NCBI GenBank assembly: GCA_965214605.1
Contig: OZ243961.1
Location: forward strand, 4,032,001-4,096,000
Direction of reading: 5' to 3'
Source of the DNA: an uncultured Candidatus Binatia bacterium
GTDB taxonomy: Bacteria > Desulfobacterota > Binatia > Bin18
DNA length: 64,000 nucleotides
In this document: positions 9,413 through 19,469 of the stretch, piece by piece
Numbering within the stretch: the stretch's first letter is position 1
Layout of the letters: every line of letters starts with the position of its first letter
Notes under the pieces: generated by a model
Told to the model about the DNA's origin: nothing
The model's database searches: none
What the model saw: the letters and a program-made list of their open reading frames with translations, nothing else
Translations under genes and position numbers: made by a program

Positions 9413-11068
9413 ATGAAAGCACAGATGCAGCTCGGCGATTTTCTGGTGGCCTATCTGCGCAGGGGCGGCGTTACCCGTCTGTTCGGTATTCCTGGCGATC
9501 TAGTCATCCAGCTGTTTATGAAGTTTGGCAAACCCCGCGATATACAAGTCATCACATTTTCGCACGAGCCTGGGGCCGGGTTTGCGGCGGACGGCTATGC
9601 GCGGGCGACCGGGCAGCTTGGCGTGCTGTGTGTGACCTACGGAGCGGGTGGGCTGAATGTGGTCAATGCGGTTGCCGGCTCCTACTCTGAGCGGGTCCCG
9701 CTTTTGGTCGTTAGCGGTGGGCCGGGTGAAGAGAAACGCAAGCTCGGCATTCTGGTCCACCACCAGGCTAAAGAGATTGAGTCCCAGTTCCGAGTTTTTA
9801 AGGAAATCACGTGTGCGGCCAAGATTATCGATAATCCACAGACCGCGGCCGAGGACATTCATGAGGTGGTGCAGGCGATCTGGCTGCACCAACAGCCGGG
9901 CTACATTGAGATCCATCAAGACATGGTCGAGCGGCAGATCAGGCTTCCCGAATCGATCGCAGCCTGGGACGGGACTTTTGTGCGCCACCACTCCGATTCC
10001 CAAAAAGTTGCCGAGGCGGCTCGTGACACGGTTACCCGTCTCAACGAGGCCAAACGTCCCTTTGTCATTGTGGGGATCGAAGTCTTCCGCCACAAACTCG
10101 TGGACAAGGCGGTGGCTCTGGTTGAAAAGACGGGTGCCCCGTGCGCCACTACGGTGTTGGCCAAGGGGGCATTTCCGGCCGATCATCCCCAGCATATGGG
10201 CGTGCATATTGGGGCCATCTCGCCCGAGGCGACCCGCCGGCGGGTTGATGAGGCCGACTTGGTGATGAACCTCGGGACTCTCTTGACTGATATGAATCTG
10301 GGCTCCCAACTGCCCCGACTGCCTCGTGAAAAACTGATCTGGGCCTCTGAGAATCGGGTTGATATCAGCCACCATAGCTATACCGATGTCCCGCTCGCTG
10401 ACTATCTCCAGGCAGTGCTCGACGCACCGATTCACCAACACCGCGAGACGGTAAGCTATCACGACAATCTTGAATCCCAGGCTCCGGGCGAGAACCGCGC
10501 CATCCAGGTTACCGATATGCTGTGCGAGGTAAACGCTTTCTTGGACACGCATCCCGATCACCTCGTCGTGGCCGAGGCCGGCGATATGTTGTTTGCCGGC
10601 CTGGACGTGAAGTTTGGACGCCACAGTAGCTATCTGGCCCAGGGTTATTACGCGTCAATGGGCTTTGGCATTCCGGGTGCGATGGGAGCACAACTCGGCA
10701 CCGCTCAGCGACCGCTTATCTTATGCGGTGACGGTGCGTTTCAAATGACTGGGCCCGAAATTGCTCACGCCCCACGCTATGGACTAAACCCGATTGTTGT
10801 GCTGATGAATAACGGTGGGTGGGGCATCTTCCGACCGGTGTCCGAACGGGAAGACCTGCTGACCACCCCGCCGTGGCCGTATGCCCGGCTGGCCGAGGCG
10901 TGGGGTGGGACCGGGATCCAGGTCCAGACGGTCGGTGAGTTGCGGGCCGCGCTCAAAGCGACCGACGCCATCTCGTCGTTTGTGATTATCGAAGTCATGG
11001 CCGACCCGCACGATCTGTCTCCGGTGACGGTCAAGTATATCACCGCCTCGGTCGGGGAGCAGCGCTGA
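9413..11068 (+). CDS. ThDP-dependent 2-keto-acid decarboxylase (indolepyruvate/phenylpyruvate decarboxylase family)
   Basis: LFGIPGD, HEPGAGFAADGYAR, ThDP motif GDGAFQMTG...NNGGW; GGAGG RBS before ATG 9413. Confidence 0.9.
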   Translation: MKAQMQLGDFLVAYLRRGGVTRLFGIPGDLVIQLFMKFGKPRDIQVITFSHEPGAGFAADGYARATGQLGVLCVTYGAGGLNVVNAVAGSYSERVPLLVVSGGPGEEKRKLGILVHHQAKEIESQFRVFKEITCAAKIIDNPQTAAEDIHEVVQAIWLHQQPGYIEIHQDMVERQIRLPESIAAWDGTFVRHHSDSQKVAEAARDTVTRLNEAKRPFVIVGIEVFRHKLVDKAVALVEKTGAPCATTVLAKGAFPADHPQHMGVHIGAISPEATRRRVDEADLVMNLGTLLTDMNLGSQLPRLPREKLIWASENRVDISHHSYTDVPLADYLQAVLDAPIHQHRETVSYHDNLESQAPGENRAIQVTDMLCEVNAFLDTHPDHLVVAEAGDMLFAGLDVKFGRHSSYLAQGYYASMGFGIPGAMGAQLGTAQRPLILCGDGAFQMTGPEIAHAPRYGLNPIVVLMNNGGWGIFRPVSEREDLLTTPPWPYARLAEAWGGTGIQVQTVGELRAALKATDAISSFVIIEVMADPHDLSPVTVKYITASVGEQR

Positions 11069-11100
11069 GGAAGAGGCGGGGATGATGCGGGCTTAGGCCG

Positions 11101-11147
11101 TCCTAGGAGCGGTTGACAAAGACCTCGGCCCGCCGCAGCTCCTAGGA
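11101..11147. repeat. Short inverted repeat with CTAG cores, possibly a collapsed IS/MITE end pair
   Basis: TCCTAGGAGC (11101-11110) and GCTCCTAGGA (11138-11147) are exact reverse complements. Confidence 0.4.
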
Positions 11148-11224
11148 ACGCCCTGGCAGTCGCCGAGCGTGGGTGGCCCTGACCTCGTCAGGGTTAAGAG
11201 AGCACCCCTCACCGTCGGGGCCGG

Positions 11225-11677
11225 CGTCAGGACCCGGAATTGGAGCCTGACATTCATGTCCAAATAGATGCCGCGTGCCAGAACCGGACTGTCTGCTCCC
11301 ACAGCCGCTCCGTGTCTGCGCATCAGGTCCGCAGGTTTATCGCCCGGGTGCCGGCCATCGCGGCGTTGCGATGGCGCTAAACGGAAAAAGGCTTGGCGCG
11401 TGGTTATGCACCACCGCCGGACATCGGGTCGGAGCCGGTGGATCTCGCCCTAGATGAAGCCTCTGGATGTAGAGCTCTGCGGCCTATTGTCCACCAAGTC
11501 GAATGCTACAGGATTGTCGCCTGTGACCGTCTCTGAGGCGAGAGCCCACAGGGGCCGCTCGGGCCTGTGTAAGAAGCGCAGACTGACGTGACCGTAGCCG
11601 GCGACAATATTCCGTTAGACTAGAATCCGGTTGGCGGTCATGAGATCTGCGAGCTGTTCGTTTGTGTCCGGACTCAT
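11225..11677 (-). pseudogene. Class II aldolase/adducin family pseudogene
   Basis: Minus-strand fragments: MSPDTNEQLADLMTANRILV*RNIVAGYGHVSLR; FI*GEIHRLRPDV; AVVHNHAPSLFPFS; LMRRHGAAVG..RGIYLDMNVRLQ; stops at 11615-17 and 11450-52 plus frameshifts and an internal deletion. Confidence 0.85.
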
Positions 11678-12326
11678 TGATATGAGGACGGGCCGCCCTT
11701 TGTCCGTTGCTTGGTCGCTCTCGCTGGGCAGGTTCGGGATATGTCGGTCGGCTTCGGTCTGCTTTTGCAGGCCGAATTGGCTGTGGGAAGATTTGCGACA
11801 TCGGGTTGATACCTTTCGTGGCGTGGGGTTTTGATTGAGGAGCAAACCCGCGCCGCTTCCACTCGCGGAAGGAGACGATCGAAGTCTTGCGGGATGCGTC
11901 GGACGTCCACCCCAGTCGCCCGGAACCCTGTGCCCCCACCATGATGAAGGGGCTAGCTACTCTGAGTTCGTCCGGGGGACCTATGGGGTGATCCCGGCTT
12001 CGCCTTCCCTCGTGCTGGTGCCACCTGCAGAAATCGGGAAAATCCTCTGAGTGACTCTGTATGTCGTCATTGAATCGGCTAAGCTTCGGGGGGAGGGGCT
12101 TGGGGGATGAGAGGGGCTGGCTCAATTGGAGCGAGAAGGCGACACTGTGCCGCAGGAGTACATCACCCTCCTGAGCGATATTAAACTGCAACTCCTTTCG
12201 GCTACCCGCCTGACATGGGTGGACAGTGTTCGCACCCCCTCCGGGGGATACGTGACCGTAGGCGCCCCCGCTCCCCAATCTCGAAGCTAAGCGATTTCCT
12301 ATTTAATACATTGGCGAGTGCACCAA

Positions 12327-12650
12327 TCATATTTCGTTCTTATCTCGTTGACGTACGGAGGGGGGACCTTTGACCGCTGCCTGATCGTTCTCGACAACGC
12401 GCGCCTCAGTGATAATGACGTCCTGGTCGTCTTCCCGCACCTCTTCTGAATGCTCCTTTTTGTGGGTCGTCCACGCTCCGAAGAGGAGAGTGGCTAGGCC
12501 GAGAACGAACTCGTCAAGAAAAGGGATAACGTCGGGAATCAGCAGGTTGAGCACAAACAGGCCGGCGGTCAGCATAAACAGCTGAGGAAAGCGGAGGCGG
12601 CGGGCAATCCGTAAGATCAGAGGGCTAATGAGCCTGGCTATGAGATGCAT
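12327..12650 (-). CDS. Small membrane protein (DUF6116-like)
   Basis: RLRFPQLF..LF..NLLIPD.IPF.DE motif; directly downstream of the Lon-like gene. Confidence 0.7.
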   Translation of the reverse strand: MHLIARLISPLILRIARRLRFPQLFMLTAGLFVLNLLIPDVIPFLDEFVLGLATLLFGAWTTHKKEHSEEVREDDQDVIITEARVVENDQAAVKGPPSVRQRDKNEI

Positions 12651-12653
12651 GGA

Positions 12654-15152
12654 TCAGTCTCCAGCGGGGCGGGTTTTTTCTTCGTGTTCCAAGTCTGCTT
12701 GGTCAGCCTCGTCCCCGTCTATCTGCTTTCCGAACTTTCTGAGTTGCACTGCCAGTTCCTGGAGACGCCGACTGACCCGTCCGTTTATCGTATTCGGTTC
12801 GTCGACCGATCCGGCTCGCATACCGCTGAGCAACTCAATGCCCTGATCAATCGTTTGGATCGGGTAGATATGAAATTGGCCGTCTTTAACAGCCTGTACC
12901 ACATCCGCTCTGAGGACGAGATTGCGGACGTTGGCGGCTGGGATCAGCACGCCCTGGTGACCGGTCAGGCCGTGGGCCGTGCACACATCGAAGAAGCCTT
13001 CGATCTTTTCGTTCGCCCCGCCAATGGCCTGGACTTCTCCCCACTGATTCACCGAACCGGTAACGGCTAAGTCCTGACGCAGGGGGATCTCAGCCAGCCG
13101 AGATAGTAAAGCGTACAATTCGGTGGATGAGGCGCTATCGCCGTCAACGCCCGAGTAGGACTGCTCGAAACACAGACTGGCCGACAGGGCGAGCGGCTTG
13201 TCCCGGCCGAAGCGGTTGCGGAGGTAGCCGGCTAAAATGAGCAGGCCTTTATCATGACTTGAGCCGCTCAGACGCGATTCGCGCTCAATATTGACGATTC
13301 CAGCTTGGCCCATTCCGACACTGGCCGTGATCCGGGACGGGCGGCCAAAACTGTGCTCGCCAATGGCCAGGACGGCCAGGCCGTTGATCTGGCCTATTTT
13401 TTTGCCTTGACTGTCGAGCAGGACTGTGCCGCGGGTGATCATCTCGCGCAGCTCTTCTTCAATCCGATTGGCGCGAAAGGTCCGTTGTTGAAGTGCTGTT
13501 TCCACATGTGCGGCAGTCACCAGCTGGGCCTCATCTTTGCACGCCCAGTAGGCGGCCTCCCGGATCAAGTCGGCAACCTCGGCGTACGCTGCTGAGATCT
13601 TCTCGCGGTCGCCGACTTGACGTGCCCCGAACTCGACCAAGCGCTCAACTCCAGACCGATCAAAGTGCGGCAAGTTCTCCTGTTGGCACAACCGGGCGAC
13701 CCACTGGCCGTACAGCTGACCGTGCTCGCCGTTGAGTTCCAGCGTGTGTCGAAAGTCGACGTGGACCTTGAAGAGATCTTGAAACTCGGGGTCGAGCGCG
13801 TAGAGGCTGTGATAGAGAAGCGGACTGCCGACAACGATAAGCTTGAGCTGAACAGCAACCGGCTGAGGCTGTAAACCGGACGCGGCAAACAGCGAAAACG
13901 GCTCGTAGGTTTCAGGCGCGATCCGTCCGCTTTTGAGGGTACGTTTTAGGGTTTTCCACACCGCCGGTTCGGTCAGCGCGTCTTCCAGGTTAAAAATGAG
14001 ATAACCGCCGTGGGCGCGCAGCACTGAGCCGGCTTTTATACGCGTGAAGTTGGTCACCAAACGTCCGCCCCGATCCAGCACGCGTTCGATACTGCCAAAC
14101 AGATTCTGATACGTTGGGGTATTTTCGGTCAGCACCGGAGCGCCAATGGTGTGGGCGTTATCGACCACGACATTCACCTCGTATTCGTACAGCTTTTGCT
14201 GACCGGCCGGGTCCTGGGCAAGCAACACACTAGGCGGCAGCCCGTCCTGGGCAGTCGGCTCTTTGAACACGTCTAGGTGTTCGACCGTATACCTCTTGAC
14301 TTGGTCGAGATAGGCGCTAATCGCCGGGCTGGGGATTTCTTGGCCGATGGCTGCGAGGTGCGGGGTAATCAGATTTTCGCAGAAGCGCTGCTCGACCTGG
14401 CGGATATCCTCGGCCATGGCCCGCATAATGTCGCGCTGCTGGCGGGGGAAGTCGGCGATGTCGGACAGCAACTCGTGCCGTTTGTGCTCGATCGCCGTCT
14501 GCTGCTCTTCGGCCAACTGCTGAAACTCTTCGGGTCCTTTCAACGGCTGGCCGTTGACGATCGGGATCAAGATCATGCCCTGCGGACCCATTTGCAGCAG
14601 GAAGCCTTTGTCTTTGGCCTTGGCTTCCAGGTTGGAGTTGAGGGCCTGGGCTTGGGCCATATATTTTTCTTTGAGCTCGTCCTTTTCTCTATCAAAAGCT
14701 TCCTCGCGGAAGGCTTTGGGAAGCTCTGCACGCAGCGCTTTCACCAGTTGACTCATGCGTGCTTTGAGCCGCCCGCCCTGTCCGGTTGGCAGGGCGATTG
14801 CCTGCGGCACATCAGGGTTGGCAAAATTATGTACATAGACCCAATCGCCTGGCGTTGGGGCGTGCCGGGCCTGTTGGGCGATCCAGTTGTGGAGCACGAT
14901 GAGTTTATGTGCTCCAGCCATGCCGGACACAAACATATGGAAGCCGCCCGCGGAGATGCCAAGCCCGAGCTCAAGCGCCGCCTGGGCCCGCTCTTGGCCG
15001 ACGAGATCATGGGCGGGCGGCGCAAGGTCGGCCGTGGTCTGAAAGGTGTCGGGAAACGATACCCGAAAGCGTAGCTCCTCGGCGCTTAACTCGGTTGGCG
15101 ACAGGACCGACAGTTTGTCTGAATAGCTCGACTGCGCGATGTCATCAGGCAT
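12654..15152 (-). CDS. LonC-type (AAA_32 / peptidase S16) Lon-like protease
   Basis: GQERA, NPTYQNLFG-like ENTPTYQNLFGSIE, GQINGL, FEQSYSGVDGDSAS (catalytic Ser), IGGANEKIEGFF (Lys); Walker A degenerate (GMAGAHK). Confidence 0.9.
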   Translation of the reverse strand: MPDDIAQSSYSDKLSVLSPTELSAEELRFRVSFPDTFQTTADLAPPAHDLVGQERAQAALELGLGISAGGFHMFVSGMAGAHKLIVLHNWIAQQARHAPTPGDWVYVHNFANPDVPQAIALPTGQGGRLKARMSQLVKALRAELPKAFREEAFDREKDELKEKYMAQAQALNSNLEAKAKDKGFLLQMGPQGMILIPIVNGQPLKGPEEFQQLAEEQQTAIEHKRHELLSDIADFPRQQRDIMRAMAEDIRQVEQRFCENLITPHLAAIGQEIPSPAISAYLDQVKRYTVEHLDVFKEPTAQDGLPPSVLLAQDPAGQQKLYEYEVNVVVDNAHTIGAPVLTENTPTYQNLFGSIERVLDRGGRLVTNFTRIKAGSVLRAHGGYLIFNLEDALTEPAVWKTLKRTLKSGRIAPETYEPFSLFAASGLQPQPVAVQLKLIVVGSPLLYHSLYALDPEFQDLFKVHVDFRHTLELNGEHGQLYGQWVARLCQQENLPHFDRSGVERLVEFGARQVGDREKISAAYAEVADLIREAAYWACKDEAQLVTAAHVETALQQRTFRANRIEEELREMITRGTVLLDSQGKKIGQINGLAVLAIGEHSFGRPSRITASVGMGQAGIVNIERESRLSGSSHDKGLLILAGYLRNRFGRDKPLALSASLCFEQSYSGVDGDSASSTELYALLSRLAEIPLRQDLAVTGSVNQWGEVQAIGGANEKIEGFFDVCTAHGLTGHQGVLIPAANVRNLVLRADVVQAVKDGQFHIYPIQTIDQGIELLSGMRAGSVDEPNTINGRVSRRLQELAVQLRKFGKQIDGDEADQADLEHEEKTRPAGD

Positions 15153-15582
15153 ACCGCCGTCTCCTGGTCGTTCGAGTTTTGGGGAGGCTGACTCGTAACA
15201 CGCCGTTCCGAAATGTGGCTCGGATACGGTCCGGGTTCACTGAGGCGGGCAAACGCACACGGCGCACGAACTGGCCTGAGCGGCGTTCTTGATGGAAAAA
15301 ATTTTCTCCCCGCCCTGTATGGGTGGTCGATCGAGTGCCGCGCAGCACGAGTTCTCCGTTTTCGACCTTGACCGCAACGTTTTGCTTACTGACGCCGGGC
15401 AAATCGGCCTCAAGCACGAAAGCCGTTTTGGTCTCATACAGATCGAGTTGAGGAGCCCAGTCTTGAACCCGTTCCGGGCGTCTGTCCCAACGTCGGTGGA
15501 TCAGCTCATCAAAAAGCCGGTCAACCTCCTGGGTCGCCTCTTGAAAAGGAGTCGGGAGTTGCCACGGATGCCGTTCCGCCAT
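15145..15582 (-). CDS. Hsp20/alpha-crystallin small heat-shock protein
   Basis: ADLPGV, ER.SGQF.R, ATFRNGVLRVSLPK; overlaps the Lon-like start by 8 nt. Confidence 0.92.
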   Translation of the reverse strand: MAERHPWQLPTPFQEATQEVDRLFDELIHRRWDRRPERVQDWAPQLDLYETKTAFVLEADLPGVSKQNVAVKVENGELVLRGTRSTTHTGRGENFFHQERRSGQFVRRVRLPASVNPDRIRATFRNGVLRVSLPKTRTTRRRRYA

Positions 15583-16440
15583 GTGAAATGCCTCGTCTGT
15601 GCTTTCATCCGTCCAAACTGTGTCTTGGAGTTGGCTTGGTTTTGTCCTGTTCTGTTACACTGGACAGGAGTCTGGATGCAAGCCCTCGGGCGCTGATAAA
15701 GACGGTTTGGCGGTGGAAACACACGCGTCGCGTCGATGGGAGCGGTAATCTTGACCTCACTCGGGTGGCACCGGGGCTGATCAACTGCGCGACCGACTCC
15801 TCGCGCAAGAAGGTACAGCGTATGAGGCGAATGGGAAGGAGGAGGAGGGATCAGGTGGGAGTGCTGATCTCTATTCCTCCGGAAAAACGTAAACGGGCTG
15901 CTGAAGTCCCGGACAGACCTTCGATCTCCATTACCCTTATGGGGGCCATCCTTGACCAGATAGTCCCGGAGGGGAGGAGCAGGGTATGGTCCCTCTGCCG
16001 TACGGGCGGATTATTGTGCCATTGCCACACATGGGACGGATAGAGCATTCTGTCTGGTAGGATTCCCAGCGGCGCGCTTGCAGAAACGGGACTGCCTGGG
16101 CGAACCTAGTGAGGCGATTTCTCCCGCCGGTACAAGCCACAGCACTTCAAGTGGCCTACGTCTGTCTAGCGACCGAAACGACCGCATTGGGCTGTCAATC
16201 ACGCCATTTGGTCGGACGGCTCCATACTCCGATTACAAAGCCTGCCTCATTCAGGCGACCGCATATGGGTGGGAGATTGCAGGGCCGAGAACCAATGAAA
16301 ATGGGCGGCCTCATCAGTCGCCATCTTACTGGTACTGACGGCGTATTGGCCGTGCTGGCGGCCTGGACCTCTGAGAATGCCGGTCATGACCAGACGCGCG
16401 TCCGAGGTCCGTGGCGAACTGAGCGAGTTACAGTCGGCTG

Positions 16441-17739
16441 ATGTTAGTTTGCCGGCAGGTCAGCTATATTAGGCGGGTGTTTACCGCGCCCTATGTGATT
16501 CGCTGCCGAGATGAGTTGGCTCACTTTTTCAGCGTTGTGGCTTGGCGGCTGCGTGAAGATCTGCTGCATCTGCAAGCCATGGGCTTGACCTATGCCATGC
16601 TGCTGGCGCTGATTCCGTCGCTGGCGGTTACGTTTGCGGTCTTAAAAGCGTTTGGTGTCCAAAATCAGATTGAGCCGTTTTTGATCCAGACTTTTGAAGA
16701 CCTCGGTCCGGAGGGTGTTGAGGTCGTGCGCCGGGTTATCGAGGTGGTGAACAATATTCAGGTCGGCGTACTCGGCGTTGTGGGAGTGGTCATCCTCTTC
16801 TATACCGTGATTTTTCTGGTCGGCGAGATCGAAAGTGCGCTGAATCGCATCTGGAAGGTGCGCCGTCCGCGCAGCTGGACCCGACGGCTGAGCGGCTACT
16901 TGAGTGTGCTGCTGATTGGGTCAGTGTTGGTCTTTATGAGCCTGACCCTGATCGCTTCGGTGCAGAGTTATTGGCTGGTCAAGCGTGTCATGGAGATCCA
17001 AGCATTTGGACCGATTCTGGCCACCCGCGGGACGCGGTTCCTGCTATTGTGGCTGGCTTTCACGTTTTTATACCGGTTTATGCCCCATACCTGGGTATCC
17101 CTGCGCTCGGCCGTGATCGGTGGCGGGGTCGCCAGTCTGATATGGCAAATAGCCGGCTTGATATTTGTCGCTTCCTTTGCCGGATCGGCACGCTATGCGG
17201 CCATTTATTCGAGCTTTGCCGTGTTAATCCTGTCCCTGCTGTGGCTGTATGTTGGCTGGCTGATCGTCTTGATTGGGGCCGAAGTTGCCTACTTCCACCA
17301 GCATCCAACCGATTACTTCAAAAAAGAGGCGGCTCGATCGGACAGCTATACGGTCCATGAGCGGCTGGTGCTGGCTATGCTGAGCGCCGTCGGCCGCCGT
17401 GCGCTCGACGGCAAACCGCCCTGGTCCGCGGCCGCCCTAGCGGCGTATCTCCAGGTGCCGCTGTCCAGTCTCGAAGACTGTCTTGAACGATTTGTCCACA
17501 GTGGCATCCTGATCCGGGCGACTGAGCCGGCTTGGATTACGCTGGGACGGTCGCCGGAGCGGGTCACTTTGGTCGAGATCCTCGACGTCCTGCGTGGAGT
17601 CGTCCCTGAGGCTGAAGAGGACGGCCCGCTGAGGGACATCTTACAACGACGGGACCGGGCCGTTCAGCAAGCCCTGGCCGGCGTCACCCTGGCCGACCTG
17701 TGTACAAAAACGGACAAAACAACAAGCTGCCCCTCCTAA
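16441..17739 (+). CDS. YihY/BrkB family membrane protein with C-terminal Rrf2-like wHTH
   Basis: LTYAMLLALIP, IESALNRIW, Y.AIYSSFA..LWLYVGW.I.L.GAE; start uncertain. Confidence 0.85.
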   Translation: MLVCRQVSYIRRVFTAPYVIRCRDELAHFFSVVAWRLREDLLHLQAMGLTYAMLLALIPSLAVTFAVLKAFGVQNQIEPFLIQTFEDLGPEGVEVVRRVIEVVNNIQVGVLGVVGVVILFYTVIFLVGEIESALNRIWKVRRPRSWTRRLSGYLSVLLIGSVLVFMSLTLIASVQSYWLVKRVMEIQAFGPILATRGTRFLLLWLAFTFLYRFMPHTWVSLRSAVIGGGVASLIWQIAGLIFVASFAGSARYAAIYSSFAVLILSLLWLYVGWLIVLIGAEVAYFHQHPTDYFKKEAARSDSYTVHERLVLAMLSAVGRRALDGKPPWSAAALAAYLQVPLSSLEDCLERFVHSGILIRATEPAWITLGRSPERVTLVEILDVLRGVVPEAEEDGPLRDILQRRDRAVQQALAGVTLADLCTKTDKTTSCPS

Positions 17740-17883
17740 CCTTAGTTGAAGAAGCTCCCCGTGTCATAGGCGAGGCTTCCGCCCTGCTCCTTGTTGGTCT
17801 TGCTGCTTTAGGATGACGTGATAAAGCTGAGATGAAAAAGATGGGGGTCAGAGCAGACGGACCGGGAGGACGCGGCCATAGCG

Positions 17884-19245
17884 TTGCAGCTTAGTCAGAT
17901 TTTTGATCTGGACGTCGAGGATCTCTGGACAGCCGACGCGGTTGAGCTGACGGGACTGACCGGTCTGAAGGTGCGAGGTGTCCGCCTCGGCATTGTCTTA
18001 TACGAGGAATTTAAGCGAGGCCTCCTTGACCTCCACGCCAAGAGTCTCGTTTATACCACGCTTTTGTCCCTGGTTCCTTTTCTGGCGGTCAGCTTTTCGG
18101 TGCTGACCGCTTTTGGGGCAATTCGGGACATTGGACCGGTCCTCCAGCCATTTCTTGAACCACTGGGTGAAACGGGGAGCGAGGTCGTCATCGGCTGGGT
18201 GGTGGAATTTGTGAAAAACGTCCAGGTTGGCGTCTTGGGGGTGCTTGGCTTTTTCCTGTTATTCTATTTTGTGCTGTCTTTGGTGGGGAAAATTGAAGAT
18301 GCGCTGAACTACATTTGGCGTGTCCCGCGTGGGCGCCCGCTCGTCCGGCGTTTTACGGACTATCTGAGTGTTGTTCTGGTTGGACCGGCGCTTATCTTTA
18401 CCGCCTTGACCGTCATCGCGTCGGCCCGGCAATCGCGACTCGTCCAAAGCCTCCTTGCCCAATCTACGCTCGGCAATGTGTTCATTGCGCTGTCCTGGCT
18501 GACGCCCTTCCTCGTGCTGCTCGTCGTCTTTACCTTCCTGTATAAGTTTCTGCCTAATACCCCGGTCCGGTCGCGGTCCGCGGTCTTCGGAGGGGCGACC
18601 GCCAGCCTCTTATGGATTCTTGCCGGGACGGGCCTTACTGTTTTTGTCGCCGAAGCGCCGGACCGAGTCGCCATTTATCGGAGTTTTGCCGTTCCCATCG
18701 TCTTCTTTATCTGGCTCTATGTGAGCTGGTTTATCATTCTTGTTGGTGGTCTCGTCGCCTATGTGCACCAGCATGCTGAAGTGCGCTTTGAACGAGCGGT
18801 ACGCCGCCAGCGTGGAATCTTGGTGCAGATGCGGCTCGCCTTGTCAGCCCTAACGGCCATCACCCGTCGATATCTGGCCGGTGCTCCTCCCTGGCCGTTT
18901 CCCGACTTGGCAACAACGCTCCAGGTGTCACCGACCGAACTCGAAGAGGTGGTGGAAGCCTGTCTGCGAAGCGGATTTGTGTGTAGAACGGCCGAGCCTG
19001 AGGGGTTGATCTTGGCCCGTCCGCCGGAAGATATCACAGCTGCTGATGTGTGTGCCGTCATTGAACAGGCAGATGAGATTTCAGCCGGTGGGGAGGCGGA
19101 AGATCGACTGACGCAACTCCTTGGGCAACGCACTCAGGCTATCCGGGCGAGCCTCCAGGGCGTGAATCTGCGGTCTTTAGCGTTGAGCGTCGGCACGACG
19201 GAACCCGCTACGACGGCCGACGCAGAAGCGCACGGCCAGAACTAG
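17884..19245 (+). CDS. Second YihY/BrkB family membrane protein with C-terminal Rrf2-like wHTH
   Basis: LVYTTLLSLVP, IEDALNYIW, WLYVSW.I.L.G, LARPPEDIT; start uncertain. Confidence 0.85.
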   Translation: MQLSQIFDLDVEDLWTADAVELTGLTGLKVRGVRLGIVLYEEFKRGLLDLHAKSLVYTTLLSLVPFLAVSFSVLTAFGAIRDIGPVLQPFLEPLGETGSEVVIGWVVEFVKNVQVGVLGVLGFFLLFYFVLSLVGKIEDALNYIWRVPRGRPLVRRFTDYLSVVLVGPALIFTALTVIASARQSRLVQSLLAQSTLGNVFIALSWLTPFLVLLVVFTFLYKFLPNTPVRSRSAVFGGATASLLWILAGTGLTVFVAEAPDRVAIYRSFAVPIVFFIWLYVSWFIILVGGLVAYVHQHAEVRFERAVRRQRGILVQMRLALSALTAITRRYLAGAPPWPFPDLATTLQVSPTELEEVVEACLRSGFVCRTAEPEGLILARPPEDITAADVCAVIEQADEISAGGEAEDRLTQLLGQRTQAIRASLQGVNLRSLALSVGTTEPATTADAEAHGQN

Positions 19246-19469
19246 CCCACCTGACCGCTTTAGGAACGGACTGCGCTGGGCGAAGGGCACTCGTCTCGAT
19301 GTCGACAGATTGCCTTGCGCCGGCCTGTGGGCTACACTCGCCTCGCCCCTGACGAGGGCAAGGAGTTAGATATGCAAGGATCTTTGCGGTCGGGTGGCCA
19401 TGGTTCGCGGTGGGACCAACACCATTGGCCCGGCACCCGCCCCGCTCTTGACGGCAGAGGGGATGCGTC

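Noticed and set aside
9500-10624. Long antisense ORFs (also 14277-15074, 41172-41936, 45516-46265)
   Set aside because: Shadow frames of well-supported genes on the opposite strand, common in GC-rich DNA.
11484-12278. 264-aa minus-strand ORF
   Set aside because: Low-complexity R/S/P-rich translation with no motifs; it overlaps the aldolase pseudogene, which lies in other frames.
15583-16440. Possible riboswitch, ncRNA or small genes in the divergent gap
   Set aside because: No recognisable RNA motif or protein homology by eye; the short ORFs look spurious. An Rfam scan is needed to exclude an RNA.
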